64,000 nt of DNA from NCBI GenBank assembly GCA_041690135.1, contig JAWLHY010000010.1, forward strand, positions 299,511-363,510. Reading direction: 5' to 3'. The notes under the pieces are model-generated. The model was not told the DNA's origin. It worked only from the letters and a program-made list of their open reading frames with translations, and made no database searches. The stretch is from Armatimonadota bacterium. Lineage in GTDB: Bacteria > Armatimonadota > SYMT01. The stretch's first letter is position 1, and each line of letters begins with the position of its first letter. The translations under genes and the position numbers were made by a program. This document shows, in pieces, positions 1-9,416 of the stretch.

Positions 1-115
1 ACCTTGCCCCTGCGGTCATTAGCTCCGGTAAACCCTGCACCCTGGAGAGGAATTACGTGAGCCTCTGTGGGAGGTGAATTGGACAGGAACAGCGGAGGCG
101 TGTACTGTGACAGCC

Positions 116-445
116 ATGGATATCTCCCGAAAGCCAGACCCGCACGTATGCCCACGGAAGTTCTGCTTCATGTGGCAAATGGGGGAAGGGATTCTGCCAG
201 AGACCCCGGAGCCGGTCTCCGTCGCGCAGGGATGCCGATGCCCCTGTGGCCTCTGCACCCGGCTGGACGCCGAACAGGGCGACCACGACTGGTACGAGCC
301 CCACGAACCTAACTTGAGGCAAGCCGGGCTGCCCTGGTTCTATTTCATCCCGACGCCTGCCAAGCTCGTTCCCGATTTGCGGACAAGCTACATCGAAGAG
401 TCAGAGGCGCTCTGGGGAGAGGAGCACTGGCAGTCAACGAGGTAG
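116..445 (+). CDS. Cys-rich hypothetical protein
   Basis: ORF from ATG116; protein-like composition with CPRKFC and CRCPCGLC clusters; family not recognised. Confidence 0.5.
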   Translation: MDISRKPDPHVCPRKFCFMWQMGEGILPETPEPVSVAQGCRCPCGLCTRLDAEQGDHDWYEPHEPNLRQAGLPWFYFIPTPAKLVPDLRTSYIEESEALWGEEHWQSTR

Positions 446-710
446 CCGACGTTACCGCCAGGACGCAGAGAACCGCAGAGGGCCGCGAAGAGGGAACCGG
501 AATGGGCCCGAAAAGCCCGCCGATGCGTGCGAGTTGACAAGTGGGTGATCGATCCGACCTGGATCGGGCATCATGACAGGCTGCATCCCTCCCTGATCAA
601 CGTCCCACCCAAAAACTAGCTGTCGCCATGCTATTCCACCACTGTGATAGTACGGCTGTGGTTGGTCCGGACAGGGATAGGACCTCTTGTCACAGGCGAC
701 AGACGGAAAT

Positions 711-1340
711 ATGGATCAAGACCTCCAGAAGATTCTGAAGTTCACCGTGGAACTCGACCGGCTCAAGGGCGTGTTGCGCAAGACCCGACCGGTAGGTCTG
801 GATCGGTACGAGAATTCCGCGGAGCATAGCTGGCAGGTCTGCCTGCTGGCGGTGCTGCTGGCATCCCACGCCCGCCACCCCGTGGATGTGCCGCGCGTGA
901 TTGAGCTGCTCCTCGTTCACGACATCCCCGAGATCGAGGCCGGCGACCTGATTGTCTATCAAGCCGGCACGCCGGAAAGGTTCGCCGCCGAGCAGGAAGC
1001 GGCGCGCCGGATCTTTGGCCTCCTTCCGGAGCCGCAGGCGCAGTATTGCATGGCGCGCTGGCTCGAGTTTGAAGCTCGGGATACGGCAGAGGCGATCTTT
1101 GCTTATGCGATCGACCGGCTGATGCCCGTGCTGCACAACCTCCAGAGCGGCGGACAGAGCTGGAATGAGAACCGGGTGACGCTGGAAAAGATTCTCTCGG
1201 TCAACGCCGCCATCGGCAACGCCATGCCTACCGTGTGGGAGGAGGTCCAGGCCGCTATTCTGAAGCTTGCCGCTACGGGGGCGTTCACCCCGCAGGAATC
1301 CCCTACTCCGCTCCTGGCGGCGCCTCCCGGTGATGACTAA
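711..1340 (+). CDS. HD-domain hydrolase (HDDC2/YfbR-like 5'-deoxynucleotidase family)
   Basis: LKGVLR, ENSAEHSW, LVHDIPEIEAGD and AIDRLMP motifs. Confidence 0.9.
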   Translation: MDQDLQKILKFTVELDRLKGVLRKTRPVGLDRYENSAEHSWQVCLLAVLLASHARHPVDVPRVIELLLVHDIPEIEAGDLIVYQAGTPERFAAEQEAARRIFGLLPEPQAQYCMARWLEFEARDTAEAIFAYAIDRLMPVLHNLQSGGQSWNENRVTLEKILSVNAAIGNAMPTVWEEVQAAILKLAATGAFTPQESPTPLLAAPPGDD

Positions 1341-1413
1341 CGACCTTGGCTGGGAGGGTATGTGCGCCCGGGGGAGCAGTAGACCCGCAACCCAATCACG
1401 GAAAGGAGAACGT

Positions 1414-2034
1414 ATGAGCGTGGATTTTGCGGCACTTCGGGCGCAGATCCGCGATGCCGCGGAGAAAGCGTTTGCCGAGGTGCGGGAAAGCCATCCCGGT
1501 GAACAGTTCTACGCCTTCGCCCTCTACACAGATGACGGCGCCATGACCGTCGAACCGGCGGCCAACAGCGAAGAGGCCTACCAGCAGAAGATCCGGCAGG
1601 CCGGCGCGACGAGCGCGTCCCAGCAGGCCTACTACCGGTGGGAAACCGCCGAGTGGGCCTATGAGGCGGTCGGTGGCAATCATTTCGACGGGGTCTACGA
1701 CGCACTGAACGTGCCGGACCGCTACGGCGCCGGAGCGGTAGAGGCGACGGTAGAGCCGGAAGAGGACGAGAACCAGGAGGGGGACGAGGCATTCGACGAA
1801 GGCGAGGAAGACGAGGAGTTTACTGCCTTCAAAGGCCGGCTCATCCAAACGATGACCGAGGCGCTGCGTGACCTGGACTCCGCCGGGTTCTTCGGCCAGG
1901 GTGACGAGCGCCGGAAGGTGACGCTCTTTGTGTCGATCAGCGACGCGGACCAGTCGACAGAGATCGAGAACGCGTCGGCCCGGAAGCTGAACCCAGAAGC
2001 GGTGTACGAACCGTTTCTGCGACGGTATTCCTGA
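1414..2034 (+). CDS. DUF4303 family protein
   Basis: FYAFALYTDD, PAANSEE, RWETAEW and ALRDLDSAGFFG...KLNP pattern; RBS AAGGAG before ATG1414; acidic insert. Confidence 0.8.
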   Translation: MSVDFAALRAQIRDAAEKAFAEVRESHPGEQFYAFALYTDDGAMTVEPAANSEEAYQQKIRQAGATSASQQAYYRWETAEWAYEAVGGNHFDGVYDALNVPDRYGAGAVEATVEPEEDENQEGDEAFDEGEEDEEFTAFKGRLIQTMTEALRDLDSAGFFGQGDERRKVTLFVSISDADQSTEIENASARKLNPEAVYEPFLRRYS

Positions 2035-2142
2035 TCGTCCCGTCCCGCCAGCCTGGAGAACCTCCGGGGAGGCTGCCGGACGGATGTGATCATAACCGTC
2101 CCAAACAGGGGGAGGGTCGTTGTGACGGGAGAGCCGGAACGC

Positions 2143-2290
2143 ATAACGCCCGAGGAGTGGGAGAGTTCCACGGATCTGCGCCGGATGCACTGGGTGCAAC
2201 AGGCTGTGAATGTAAGGAACTCCTGGAACACCTGCGGAATGACGAGCCCCATGTCCGGGGATGCTGGGCGCTCGAATTGATCCTGGCTAC
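2143..2290 (+). pseudogene. Internally deleted remnant of a Gemmata-type MTxxEW...HVRGCW protein
   Basis: One frame reads ITPEEWESSTDLRRM (family N-terminus, ATA in place of ATG); the other reads DALGATGC..LLEHLRNDEPHVRGCWALELIL (family C-terminus); they join at CGGATGC. Confidence 0.65.
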
Positions 2291-3246
2291 CGAGTTTCCT
2301 CCGACTGCCGGTCCTCCTCTGCAAGAGGAGGCAGGAGCCGGGTGAGCACCGCCTCGATCATTTCCCTTCGCACCAGGCCCTCCAGCCACGCGCCGGGAAT
2401 GCCGCTTTCGCCCCAGCAGGCCCCGGCGAGTTGACCGCACACGGCGCCGGTGGTGTCCGCGTCGTTGCCCAGGTTCACCGCGCGGAGGACCGCTTCCCGG
2501 AAGTCGGCGGCAGCGTGGAAGGCCCAGAGGGCGGCTTCCAGGCTATCCACCACGTATCCGGAGCCACGGATGGCGGGGGGCTCCTTCTCCCGGAAGCTGC
2601 CGCGGATCACTCCTTCCACGGCAGGATGCATGGGACCAAGGCGTTCCAGCATCGACCAGGATGGGGAGAGGACCTCTTCTCGGCTTTCCCCCTGGGCCAG
2701 GGCGGTCAGCACTACCGCCAGGTAGCGACAGGCCGAACGGCAGACCGGGAGCGCGTGGGTGGTCAGGCTCGATTGGTCCGCGCGCTCGGCCAGGATCTCC
2801 ACCCGATCCGGGTAGAGGTCCGCGAAAGCAATGGACACCGGCGCGAGACGCATGATCGAGCCGTTACCGGCGGAGTACTCGTCGGTGTCCCCGGCGGTCC
2901 ACGCGTCGCCGGACTGCTTGAACCGCTGGAGCGCAGTGTTGGTGGTCACGCCGATGTCGAAGCAGCGGTCGATGACGGAGTAGGCCCCCGCGTCGCGCCA
3001 CTGCAGGTAGCGGCGCATCTGGTCGTTCAGGTCCCACCCCGCAATGGCGATGCTGTCGGCCAGGGCCAGCGCCATGGAGGTGTCGTCGGTCCAGCCGCCC
3101 GGAGGAATGGGATGCGGGCCGTGCCGGTAGCCCGTGACCGGCGTGAAACTCCCCCACGGCCGGAACTCCACGGCCGCTCCCAGGGCGTCCCCCACCGCCA
3201 GGCCGACCAGCATCCCCCGCAACCGATCGATTCGCTCGTCCGCCAT
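2287..3246 (-). CDS. ADP-ribosylglycohydrolase (DraG/ARH family)
   Basis: GLAVGDALG, WTDDTSM, GNGSIMRLAP and NLGNDADTTGAVCGQLAGA motifs. Confidence 0.95.
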   Translation of the reverse strand: MADERIDRLRGMLVGLAVGDALGAAVEFRPWGSFTPVTGYRHGPHPIPPGGWTDDTSMALALADSIAIAGWDLNDQMRRYLQWRDAGAYSVIDRCFDIGVTTNTALQRFKQSGDAWTAGDTDEYSAGNGSIMRLAPVSIAFADLYPDRVEILAERADQSSLTTHALPVCRSACRYLAVVLTALAQGESREEVLSPSWSMLERLGPMHPAVEGVIRGSFREKEPPAIRGSGYVVDSLEAALWAFHAAADFREAVLRAVNLGNDADTTGAVCGQLAGACWGESGIPGAWLEGLVRREMIEAVLTRLLPPLAEEDRQSEETR

Positions 3247-3507
3247 GCTCTCCCCCCCCTGTATTGGTTCACTACGCGGTAGCCCATTCGACGGAGCAAC
3301 TGCCCATCCCGGGATCAACGCACCAACTCGTAGGGTCAACGCTGCGACCTTCATCCTGCAAACGTTCAACATCAATATGGGGCAGACACCCGGGATTGAG
3401 CTTGAAATGGGTCCGATGCACCATGATCAGCGGTTGGGTCCGGGGTACCCGGCGGGATGTGCTCCAGACCCGCGATGTATAAGCGGATGGGGTTAGCTAC
3501 CGGCCAG

Positions 3508-4149
3508 TTACCGGGGGCCGTGCATCAGTGTGTATAGGGCGTCGAACTCTTCAGGAAGGGTCAGGAACGGCTTCAGTTCCTGCGCCTCCGGATCCGTCGG
3601 AGCGGGGTGGGTGGAAATCGTACCGACCCGCGTTTCCATATCCTGCTCCCCCAGGGCGCAGTCGAGCATCAAGAACGCGACTGTCAGCCCGGCCCGCCCG
3701 CCGGGATCCGGGATGCCCGCCATAAATACGTCGATGCCGATCAGCTCGCTTTCGGACCGAAGCTGAAACCACATCTGCTCCGGTCCAAAGGTCCCCGCCT
3801 CCGTCTGCAAGCTCATGCTCGCGAGACCCTTCCGCTGTCGGAATGCCAGGATCTGCCATCCGGCCAGTTCCGGTGCCGCATCCACGAGCGACCGCACCGC
3901 GGGAAAAAGCTCCCGGTGACCGTCCGCGCTGATCACGAGTTCGCGCTGCGTCGCCTCCGGCTCGGTTCCGATTTCGAAAGTCAGCCCCTTCTGCACCCGG
4001 TTCAACTGCGCACCGAGCTGGTTGATGAGCGCCATCTGGCCGGGTTTCTCCGGCGTGAACGCCAGGTACGCTTCTGAATTGACGGCAAACCAGGACCAGA
4101 AAGCTTCCTCGCGGCTCTGTTTGGAGCGGGAAAACAAGTTCTTGAACAC
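3508..4149 (-). CDS. Conserved hypothetical protein (FWxWF...ISADG type)
   Basis: GTG4149 with AGGAGG RBS; FWSWF, LVISADG and AAPELAGWQILAFR motifs. Confidence 0.75.
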   Translation of the reverse strand: MFKNLFSRSKQSREEAFWSWFAVNSEAYLAFTPEKPGQMALINQLGAQLNRVQKGLTFEIGTEPEATQRELVISADGHRELFPAVRSLVDAAPELAGWQILAFRQRKGLASMSLQTEAGTFGPEQMWFQLRSESELIGIDVFMAGIPDPGGRAGLTVAFLMLDCALGEQDMETRVGTISTHPAPTDPEAQELKPFLTLPEEFDALYTLMHGPR

Positions 4150-4282
4150 CGCAGCCTCCTTCCCTGGATATTCACCGGGAAGGGCCCGGTTGCCTTTTTT
4201 GGGGATGGACCGCCTGAGTGTGAAGCCAGGAAGTTCCGATTGTCGGATCACTCCGCCTCGGACTGTCCTGCCTCGTGGTTAT

Positions 4283-4340
4283 GTGCCTGCGGAGGCAGGC
4301 ACCCCGGAGGGATAGGGAGCGGGGTGGATTTATCCCGTCG
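4283..4340. repeat. Bipartite REP-like element (GCCTGCGGAGGCAGGC hairpin)
   Basis: GTGCCTGCGGAGGCAGGCAC hairpin; same core at 30300. Confidence 0.6.
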
Positions 4341-4486
4341 CGTGTCGCGGACAACGGAACGGCCCCGGGTGTGAAGTCCAACCTCGAGGAACTGCAGCCA
4401 TTAGCATAACAGGATCCAGGCTGGCCCCGTTAATACACTGCCGGCACGCACAACGTCACGCCTCGGACCCGGCCGATTGGGACCGA

Positions 4487-5281
4487 TCAGGGTTCGGAAT
4501 CGCCGTAAATCTCCCGCCGTGCTTCATCGGTACGGGTTTCGGCAGGACCGGACTCGGCGTCACCGGACGGCTCACAGCGGTCCGCGTAGACGCCCCGGTA
4601 AGCACTCGGCAGCAGATGTGCCAGCGAGAGCATGATCGTTTCCGTGCATGCCTCCAGGGTTTCGGCTCCCGGTTCGCCCGATCGCAGTTCGTAAGTCGGG
4701 CCATAACGCACCGTCACCGGCACCCGGCGCAGGCGCCGCCAGTAGTGAACCGCCTGCTCCGGACCGAACGTGACAACCGGTGCTATCCGGGGGCAGGCGC
4801 GTTTTGCCAGGAAGGCCGCGCCGGTCTTGCCGGGGATCAGGCCGCCGGTGCGACTGATCGTCCCTTCCGGGGCGAGCACGAAACAACATCCGGCTTTCAA
4901 GGCGGTCGTAGCTTGCCGCAAAGCATTGCGATCCACCCCCTCGCGGTTCAGCCACACCGCGTTGATCGCCCACTTGAGGTAGCGATTGAGCCCGGGGACG
5001 CGGGCCCAGTTGTGACCCACAAAAACCACGACCCGCCGCGGCAGCACCGCGAAGTAGATCGGCACATCGAGAGCGGAGATGTGGTTCACGACCACGAGAA
5101 CGGGGCCTACCCGCGGAAAGTGCTCCTCGCCCTCGACTGTCACCCGGCAGAGGGAATGCACCACGAGACGATTGAGCCACCGCACGACGCGGGAAGCGGG
5201 GCTCCACTTGAGCCACGAAGGATCGATTTCCGGCGACACCGTCGCGGTCGCGACTGGAGGACGAGTTGACGTGCCGGGCAT
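4487..5281 (-). CDS. Lysophospholipid acyltransferase (PlsC family)
   Basis: NHISALD (HxxxxD) and APEGTISRTG motifs. Confidence 0.9.
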   Translation of the reverse strand: MPGTSTRPPVATATVSPEIDPSWLKWSPASRVVRWLNRLVVHSLCRVTVEGEEHFPRVGPVLVVVNHISALDVPIYFAVLPRRVVVFVGHNWARVPGLNRYLKWAINAVWLNREGVDRNALRQATTALKAGCCFVLAPEGTISRTGGLIPGKTGAAFLAKRACPRIAPVVTFGPEQAVHYWRRLRRVPVTVRYGPTYELRSGEPGAETLEACTETIMLSLAHLLPSAYRGVYADRCEPSGDAESGPAETRTDEARREIYGDSEP

Positions 5282-5468
5282 GGAGGCTCCTTCAAGAGAG
5301 ATCCCTCCCACGACATCGTAAGAGCTCGTCTTGCTGCCTATTATCTTCGGTCCCCTCACGTTCCGCGGACCGAGGCGCGGCGACTATTTCCGGGCAGGAA
5401 GGGGCGCTCCCGTCATCCAATGGTGCCTGCGTAGAGTGCTGCCCACAGGACCTGGAGCCACGGGAAAC

Positions 5469-6383
5469 ATGACCACGCGAAGAACCGTACTGCAAGCCGC
5501 CGCGGCGACGCTGGGAGGCGTAAGCGCCATGAACCGGAGTGTAAATGCAGCCGAGAAGCGCCGGTTGGTGCTGATTGCCGGCCAGCCGAGCCACCCGACC
5601 ATGATGCACGAGTTCCGAGCCGGTTGCCTGCTGCTGAAGCGCTGCCTGGATGCGTCGCAACTCATCCGGACCGATCTCCATTTCGACGGCTGGCCCCAGG
5701 ATCCCCGCGCGTTCGAGGGTGCGGATGCCGTTTGCCTCTACATGGACGGCGGCGCGAAGCATGCCGCGCTCCAGCAGGACCGCCTGCAAACCCTCTCCGG
5801 CCTGGTGGGTCGAGGGGTGGGGTTGGGGTGCATGCACTACTCGGTGGAGGTGCCCGCGGACGTGGCCGGAAAGCAATGGCAGGACTGGATCGGCGGCCAC
5901 TACGAGCACCTCTATTCCGTGAACCCCCTCTGGGAGCCGGAGTTCGAGCGCCTGCCGGCCCACCCGATCACCCGCGGCGTTAAGCCGTTCCGGGTGAAGG
6001 ACGAGTGGTACTTCAACATGCGCTTTCGCCCCGGCATGCAGGGCATCACCCCCATCCTCACCGCGAAGCCATCGGACGACGTCCGCGACGGCCCCTACGT
6101 TTACCCCAAGGGTCCCTACGAACACATCGTGGCCGCGAAGGGTCGCGATGAGCTGCTGATGTGGTGCGTGGAACGGCCGGACGGCGGACGCGGCTTCGGC
6201 TTCACCGGCGGGCACTTCCAGCTCAACTGGGGTCAGGACGACTTCCGCAAGATCGTCCTCAACGCCCTGACGTGGCTCGCCAAAGCCGAAGTGCCCGCGG
6301 GCGGCGTGGAGTCCCGCGTCACCGAGGCCGAGCTCTACCAGAACCTCGACGAAAAGCCCGGCCGCCCTACCGGCTCTAGGTGA
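5469..6383 (+). CDS. ThuA-like (trehalose utilisation) domain protein, Tat-exported
   Basis: TRRTVL Tat motif; SHPTMMHEF, HPITRGV, DEWY and GRGFGFTGGH motifs. Confidence 0.85.
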   Translation: MTTRRTVLQAAAATLGGVSAMNRSVNAAEKRRLVLIAGQPSHPTMMHEFRAGCLLLKRCLDASQLIRTDLHFDGWPQDPRAFEGADAVCLYMDGGAKHAALQQDRLQTLSGLVGRGVGLGCMHYSVEVPADVAGKQWQDWIGGHYEHLYSVNPLWEPEFERLPAHPITRGVKPFRVKDEWYFNMRFRPGMQGITPILTAKPSDDVRDGPYVYPKGPYEHIVAAKGRDELLMWCVERPDGGRGFGFTGGHFQLNWGQDDFRKIVLNALTWLAKAEVPAGGVESRVTEAELYQNLDEKPGRPTGSR

Positions 6384-6404
6384 ACGCCCATCCCCGACGG
6401 ATTT

Positions 6405-6561
6405 GAACCACGAAGACACAAAGGACACGAAGATTGGAAAAGGACGACTCGCGTCGATAGTTGCTGTGCGTAGGTGACTCGCTGCTTTGCTTATCTGCCC
6501 GGAAACCTCTCCCAGTCTTCCACTCCGCGTCAACTCTGCGTGCTCTGCGTCTCTGCGGTGA
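6405..6561. repeat. Inward-facing degenerate 8-9-mer arrays between convergent genes
   Basis: ACCACGAAG-ACACAAAG-GACACGAAG on +; TCACCGCAGAGACGCAGAGCACGCAGAG on -. Confidence 0.65.
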
Positions 6562-6567
6562 GTCCCT

Positions 6568-7566
6568 TTACTTCCCCACAGCGGCTTTTCGTCCCACGTC
6601 GGGGTGGTTGGTGATGACGCCGTCGATCCCATAGTCCCAGAGGAAGCGGCGCATCTCCGGCTCTTCGGCGTTGAAGGTCCACACGAAGACCTTCAGTCCG
6701 GCCTGGTGCGCCTTTCGGACCGTGCCTTTGGCGTCCAACGGGGCCGCGGAAGTGCCTTCCAGCGCGCGTCGATTGGGGGCGATGCCATTGGCATAGGAGG
6801 CGGTGTCCTTCAGGACGGCATCGGTGATCGGGGCGCTGGTCAGGAACACGAGCGGGAGGTCCGTTTTCAGTTCGTGCCGCAGCTTCTTCTGGCTGGGCGC
6901 CTCGAAAGTCTGAATGATCGCCTTTGAATCGGGCCCCCGGTAGCCGTAACGTCCCAACAACTCGAGGAGCGGGCGCTCCAGCGGCTTTCCTTCCTTCTCA
7001 TGGAAGGAGGTGGGAAGCTTCGTCTCCACCAGCAGCCCGCAGCTCCGGCCGGTGGTCCCGTTCAAGTACTGGACGAGTTGGATCAGCTCTTCCAGCGTGG
7101 GCACCGTGAAGCGGGGGAGTTTTTCCCGCTCTGCGGCGGAAACCCGGCCGAAGACACGCAGCGAGCGGATTTCGTCTAATGTGAAGTCGATTGCGTACCA
7201 GTGGCCGTTCTCTCGCTGACGTCCTGGGAAACGCGTGGCCGCATCGGTGGTCGTTTCCAGGTACAAATCGTGCAGGCAAACGAGGACGCCGTCGCGCGTG
7301 AGCACTACATCCGGCTCGATGTAGTCCGCCCCCTGCGTATGCGCCATGGCATAGGCTTCCAGGGTGTGCTCGGGCAGGTAGCCGCTCGCACCGCGGTGAG
7401 CGATGACGATCTTGGAAGGTTTCTTGGAAGGTTCAATCTGCGCCCCAGCCGGCGGTACGCCATGTAACTCGACGGCACCTACAGTTAGGAGCGCGGAGCC
7501 GGTGAGTAACCGAAGGAATGCAGACCTGCGCATACGCGCCTGCGGGAATGAGAGGGATTCTGGCAT
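6568..7566 (-). CDS. Glycerophosphodiester phosphodiesterase (GlpQ-like), Tat-exported
   Basis: IAHRGASGYLPEHT, IEPDVVLTRDG, HD and DGVITNHP motifs; RRSAFL signal. Confidence 0.93.
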   Translation of the reverse strand: MPESLSFPQARMRRSAFLRLLTGSALLTVGAVELHGVPPAGAQIEPSKKPSKIVIAHRGASGYLPEHTLEAYAMAHTQGADYIEPDVVLTRDGVLVCLHDLYLETTTDAATRFPGRQRENGHWYAIDFTLDEIRSLRVFGRVSAAEREKLPRFTVPTLEELIQLVQYLNGTTGRSCGLLVETKLPTSFHEKEGKPLERPLLELLGRYGYRGPDSKAIIQTFEAPSQKKLRHELKTDLPLVFLTSAPITDAVLKDTASYANGIAPNRRALEGTSAAPLDAKGTVRKAHQAGLKVFVWTFNAEEPEMRRFLWDYGIDGVITNHPDVGRKAAVGK

Positions 7567-7666
7567 GGAAGCAACCTTTTTGCGGATGCTGCGGGCCGAA
7601 GTGCAGCCTACTCATGTTAGCAGGGCGATGCCTAAGCGCGTCTTAACTGGGTATACGCCGGTGAAC

Positions 7667-8467
7667 TCACGCCGCTCGCTGCAGAAGCTTTCCCTCGCTC
7701 TGCGTCCACTCTTGCGCGCCCCGATAGGCCTCCAGATGGTCGATATCAAACGCAAGGTCGGCATCCGGAGTCACCAGCGCGGCAGTGCGGCAGCCGAGGA
7801 GCGCGCCCACCTTCCGCTCCAACTCCGGCACCGTGGCGCGCCGGATCAGGAGCTTGGCCACAAAGCGCCAACCGAGCAGCCTGGCCAGGGCGAGCGGGCT
7901 CTTACGAGCGGCGAAAATCCGCTCCAGGTGAGGACGAGCGGCCAGCAGCGCCGGGGCACGGACCATCACTACGCCCCCCACTTTCCACTGCCCGTCCCGC
8001 AGAGTAACGTAGTCCCGTTTCACCCCTGGAAATGCGCTTTCGAAGGCCGTCTTCTCCACCACCGGCAGGCAGAGCTCCGCATCGGACGGACACGAACGGA
8101 TGAACCGGAGGACCGACGCCGGGTTGAGAAACGGTAGGTCGGTGGCGGAGACCAGGACGCGGTCCGGCGCCCGTCCGCGGGACTGCTCCAACCACTCCAG
8201 GGCCGCCAGGAGGTTGGAGAGGGCATTTCCTCGTTCCAGCAGGAGAGCGTCGCTCTGACGCGCCGTCGGGTCGTGCCGAAGCTCCTCCGGACCCACCAGC
8301 ACCCGGCTGCGGATACAGCCGGTCCCCTCATACGCTCGCATGGTGCGTGCCAGCAGGTTCTCCTCACCCACCCGGGCCAGAGCCTTGATGCAAGTCCCAG
8401 CTTCTTCCGCGAACTCTCCGTCGATCCGTCCTCCCGCCACCAATACCAGATCCAACTCCGTACCCAT
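7667..8467 (-). CDS. MobA-like NTP-transferase family protein
   Basis: LVAGG...KAL, TDLPF and AFDIDH motifs. Confidence 0.8.
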   Translation of the reverse strand: MGTELDLVLVAGGRIDGEFAEEAGTCIKALARVGEENLLARTMRAYEGTGCIRSRVLVGPEELRHDPTARQSDALLLERGNALSNLLAALEWLEQSRGRAPDRVLVSATDLPFLNPASVLRFIRSCPSDAELCLPVVEKTAFESAFPGVKRDYVTLRDGQWKVGGVVMVRAPALLAARPHLERIFAARKSPLALARLLGWRFVAKLLIRRATVPELERKVGALLGCRTAALVTPDADLAFDIDHLEAYRGAQEWTQSEGKLLQRAA

Positions 8468-8549
8468 AGCGACCTTTCTGTTTGCCTGCGCGGCTGCTTA
8501 GCACCGGTCGCCGTTATACCCATAATCGGCCTCTCCCACCGTCTCGCAA

Positions 8550-8572
8550 ATTAGGTAAAACATATACCGATT
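8550..8572. promoter_or_regulatory. Putative Rrf2/NsrR-type operator
   Basis: AT-rich 23-bp imperfect palindrome ATTAGGTAAAA-C-ATATACCGATT about 90 bp upstream of the globin. Confidence 0.45.
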
Positions 8573-8663
8573 TTTCGTTATACGGCGCACCGGACCGGGC
8601 ACCCTGATACCGGGCCCGACCACTCCTGCTGGGCATTCCCACCGACGCGAAGGACTCCACGCT

Positions 8664-9248
8664 ATGAAACACATCGACGAAGCACGCCTCGAGACCGATC
8701 TCCAGTACCGCTTTGAGTACCTGGCGGAGTTTATGGGCTTCACCGGGGAAGACATCGAGGTCATCCATGGCGCCGCCGGATTTCTGGCGCCGCTGGTGCC
8801 CACGCTGGTCGACGCCGTTTACGACAAGCTGCATGGGTACGACTGCACCTGGCGCCATTTCGTCCCGCGGCAGGCCGGTTACGAGGGGGATATCCCCCTG
8901 CGACTGGCGGACTTGACGATGGATCATCCACAGATCGCCTTCCGCAAGCAGCACCTCGGCCGCTACCTGGAGCGCCTGGTCACCGTGCCTTACGACGCAA
9001 AGATGGTCGCCTACCTGGACATGGTTGGGAAGATCCACACCCCGACGGCCGGCAACAAGGCCATCAACGTCCCGCTGGTCCAGATGGACGCGCTGATGGG
9101 CTTCGTCGCCGATGCAATCAACGCCACGATCCTCACCTCGGACCTGCCGTCCGAGCTCAAGGTAAAGGCGGTCCGCGCGTTCTCCAAGCTGCTCTGGCTG
9201 CAAAACGACCTGATCACCCGCCATTACGCCGCGCCTGCGGCCGGATAG
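8664..9248 (+). CDS. Stand-alone protoglobin / sensor-type globin
   Basis: YLAEFMGFTGED, LVDAVYDKL, YLDMVGKIH and KLLWLQNDL motifs of the protoglobin domain. Confidence 0.88.
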   Translation: MKHIDEARLETDLQYRFEYLAEFMGFTGEDIEVIHGAAGFLAPLVPTLVDAVYDKLHGYDCTWRHFVPRQAGYEGDIPLRLADLTMDHPQIAFRKQHLGRYLERLVTVPYDAKMVAYLDMVGKIHTPTAGNKAINVPLVQMDALMGFVADAINATILTSDLPSELKVKAVRAFSKLLWLQNDLITRHYAAPAAG

Positions 9249-9276
9249 CTCCAGCAGAGCCGCCATTTGATTGGGG

Positions 9277-9310
9277 AAGGGGGCAGCGTCATCCGGCGCT
9301 GCCCCCTTTT
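9277..9310 (+). terminator. Intrinsic terminator
   Basis: AAGGGGGCAGCG...CGCTGCCCCCTTTT hairpin with U-tract. Confidence 0.85.
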
Positions 9311-9416
9311 CGCATTTGTGGAGCACCCCTCCAGGACATTTCCGCCTCTCCTCCGATCGACGTGTGAGCCATGGCCTCCGGGGTAAATACGGTCCGACGT
9401 GGAGAGGAGAGATGAA

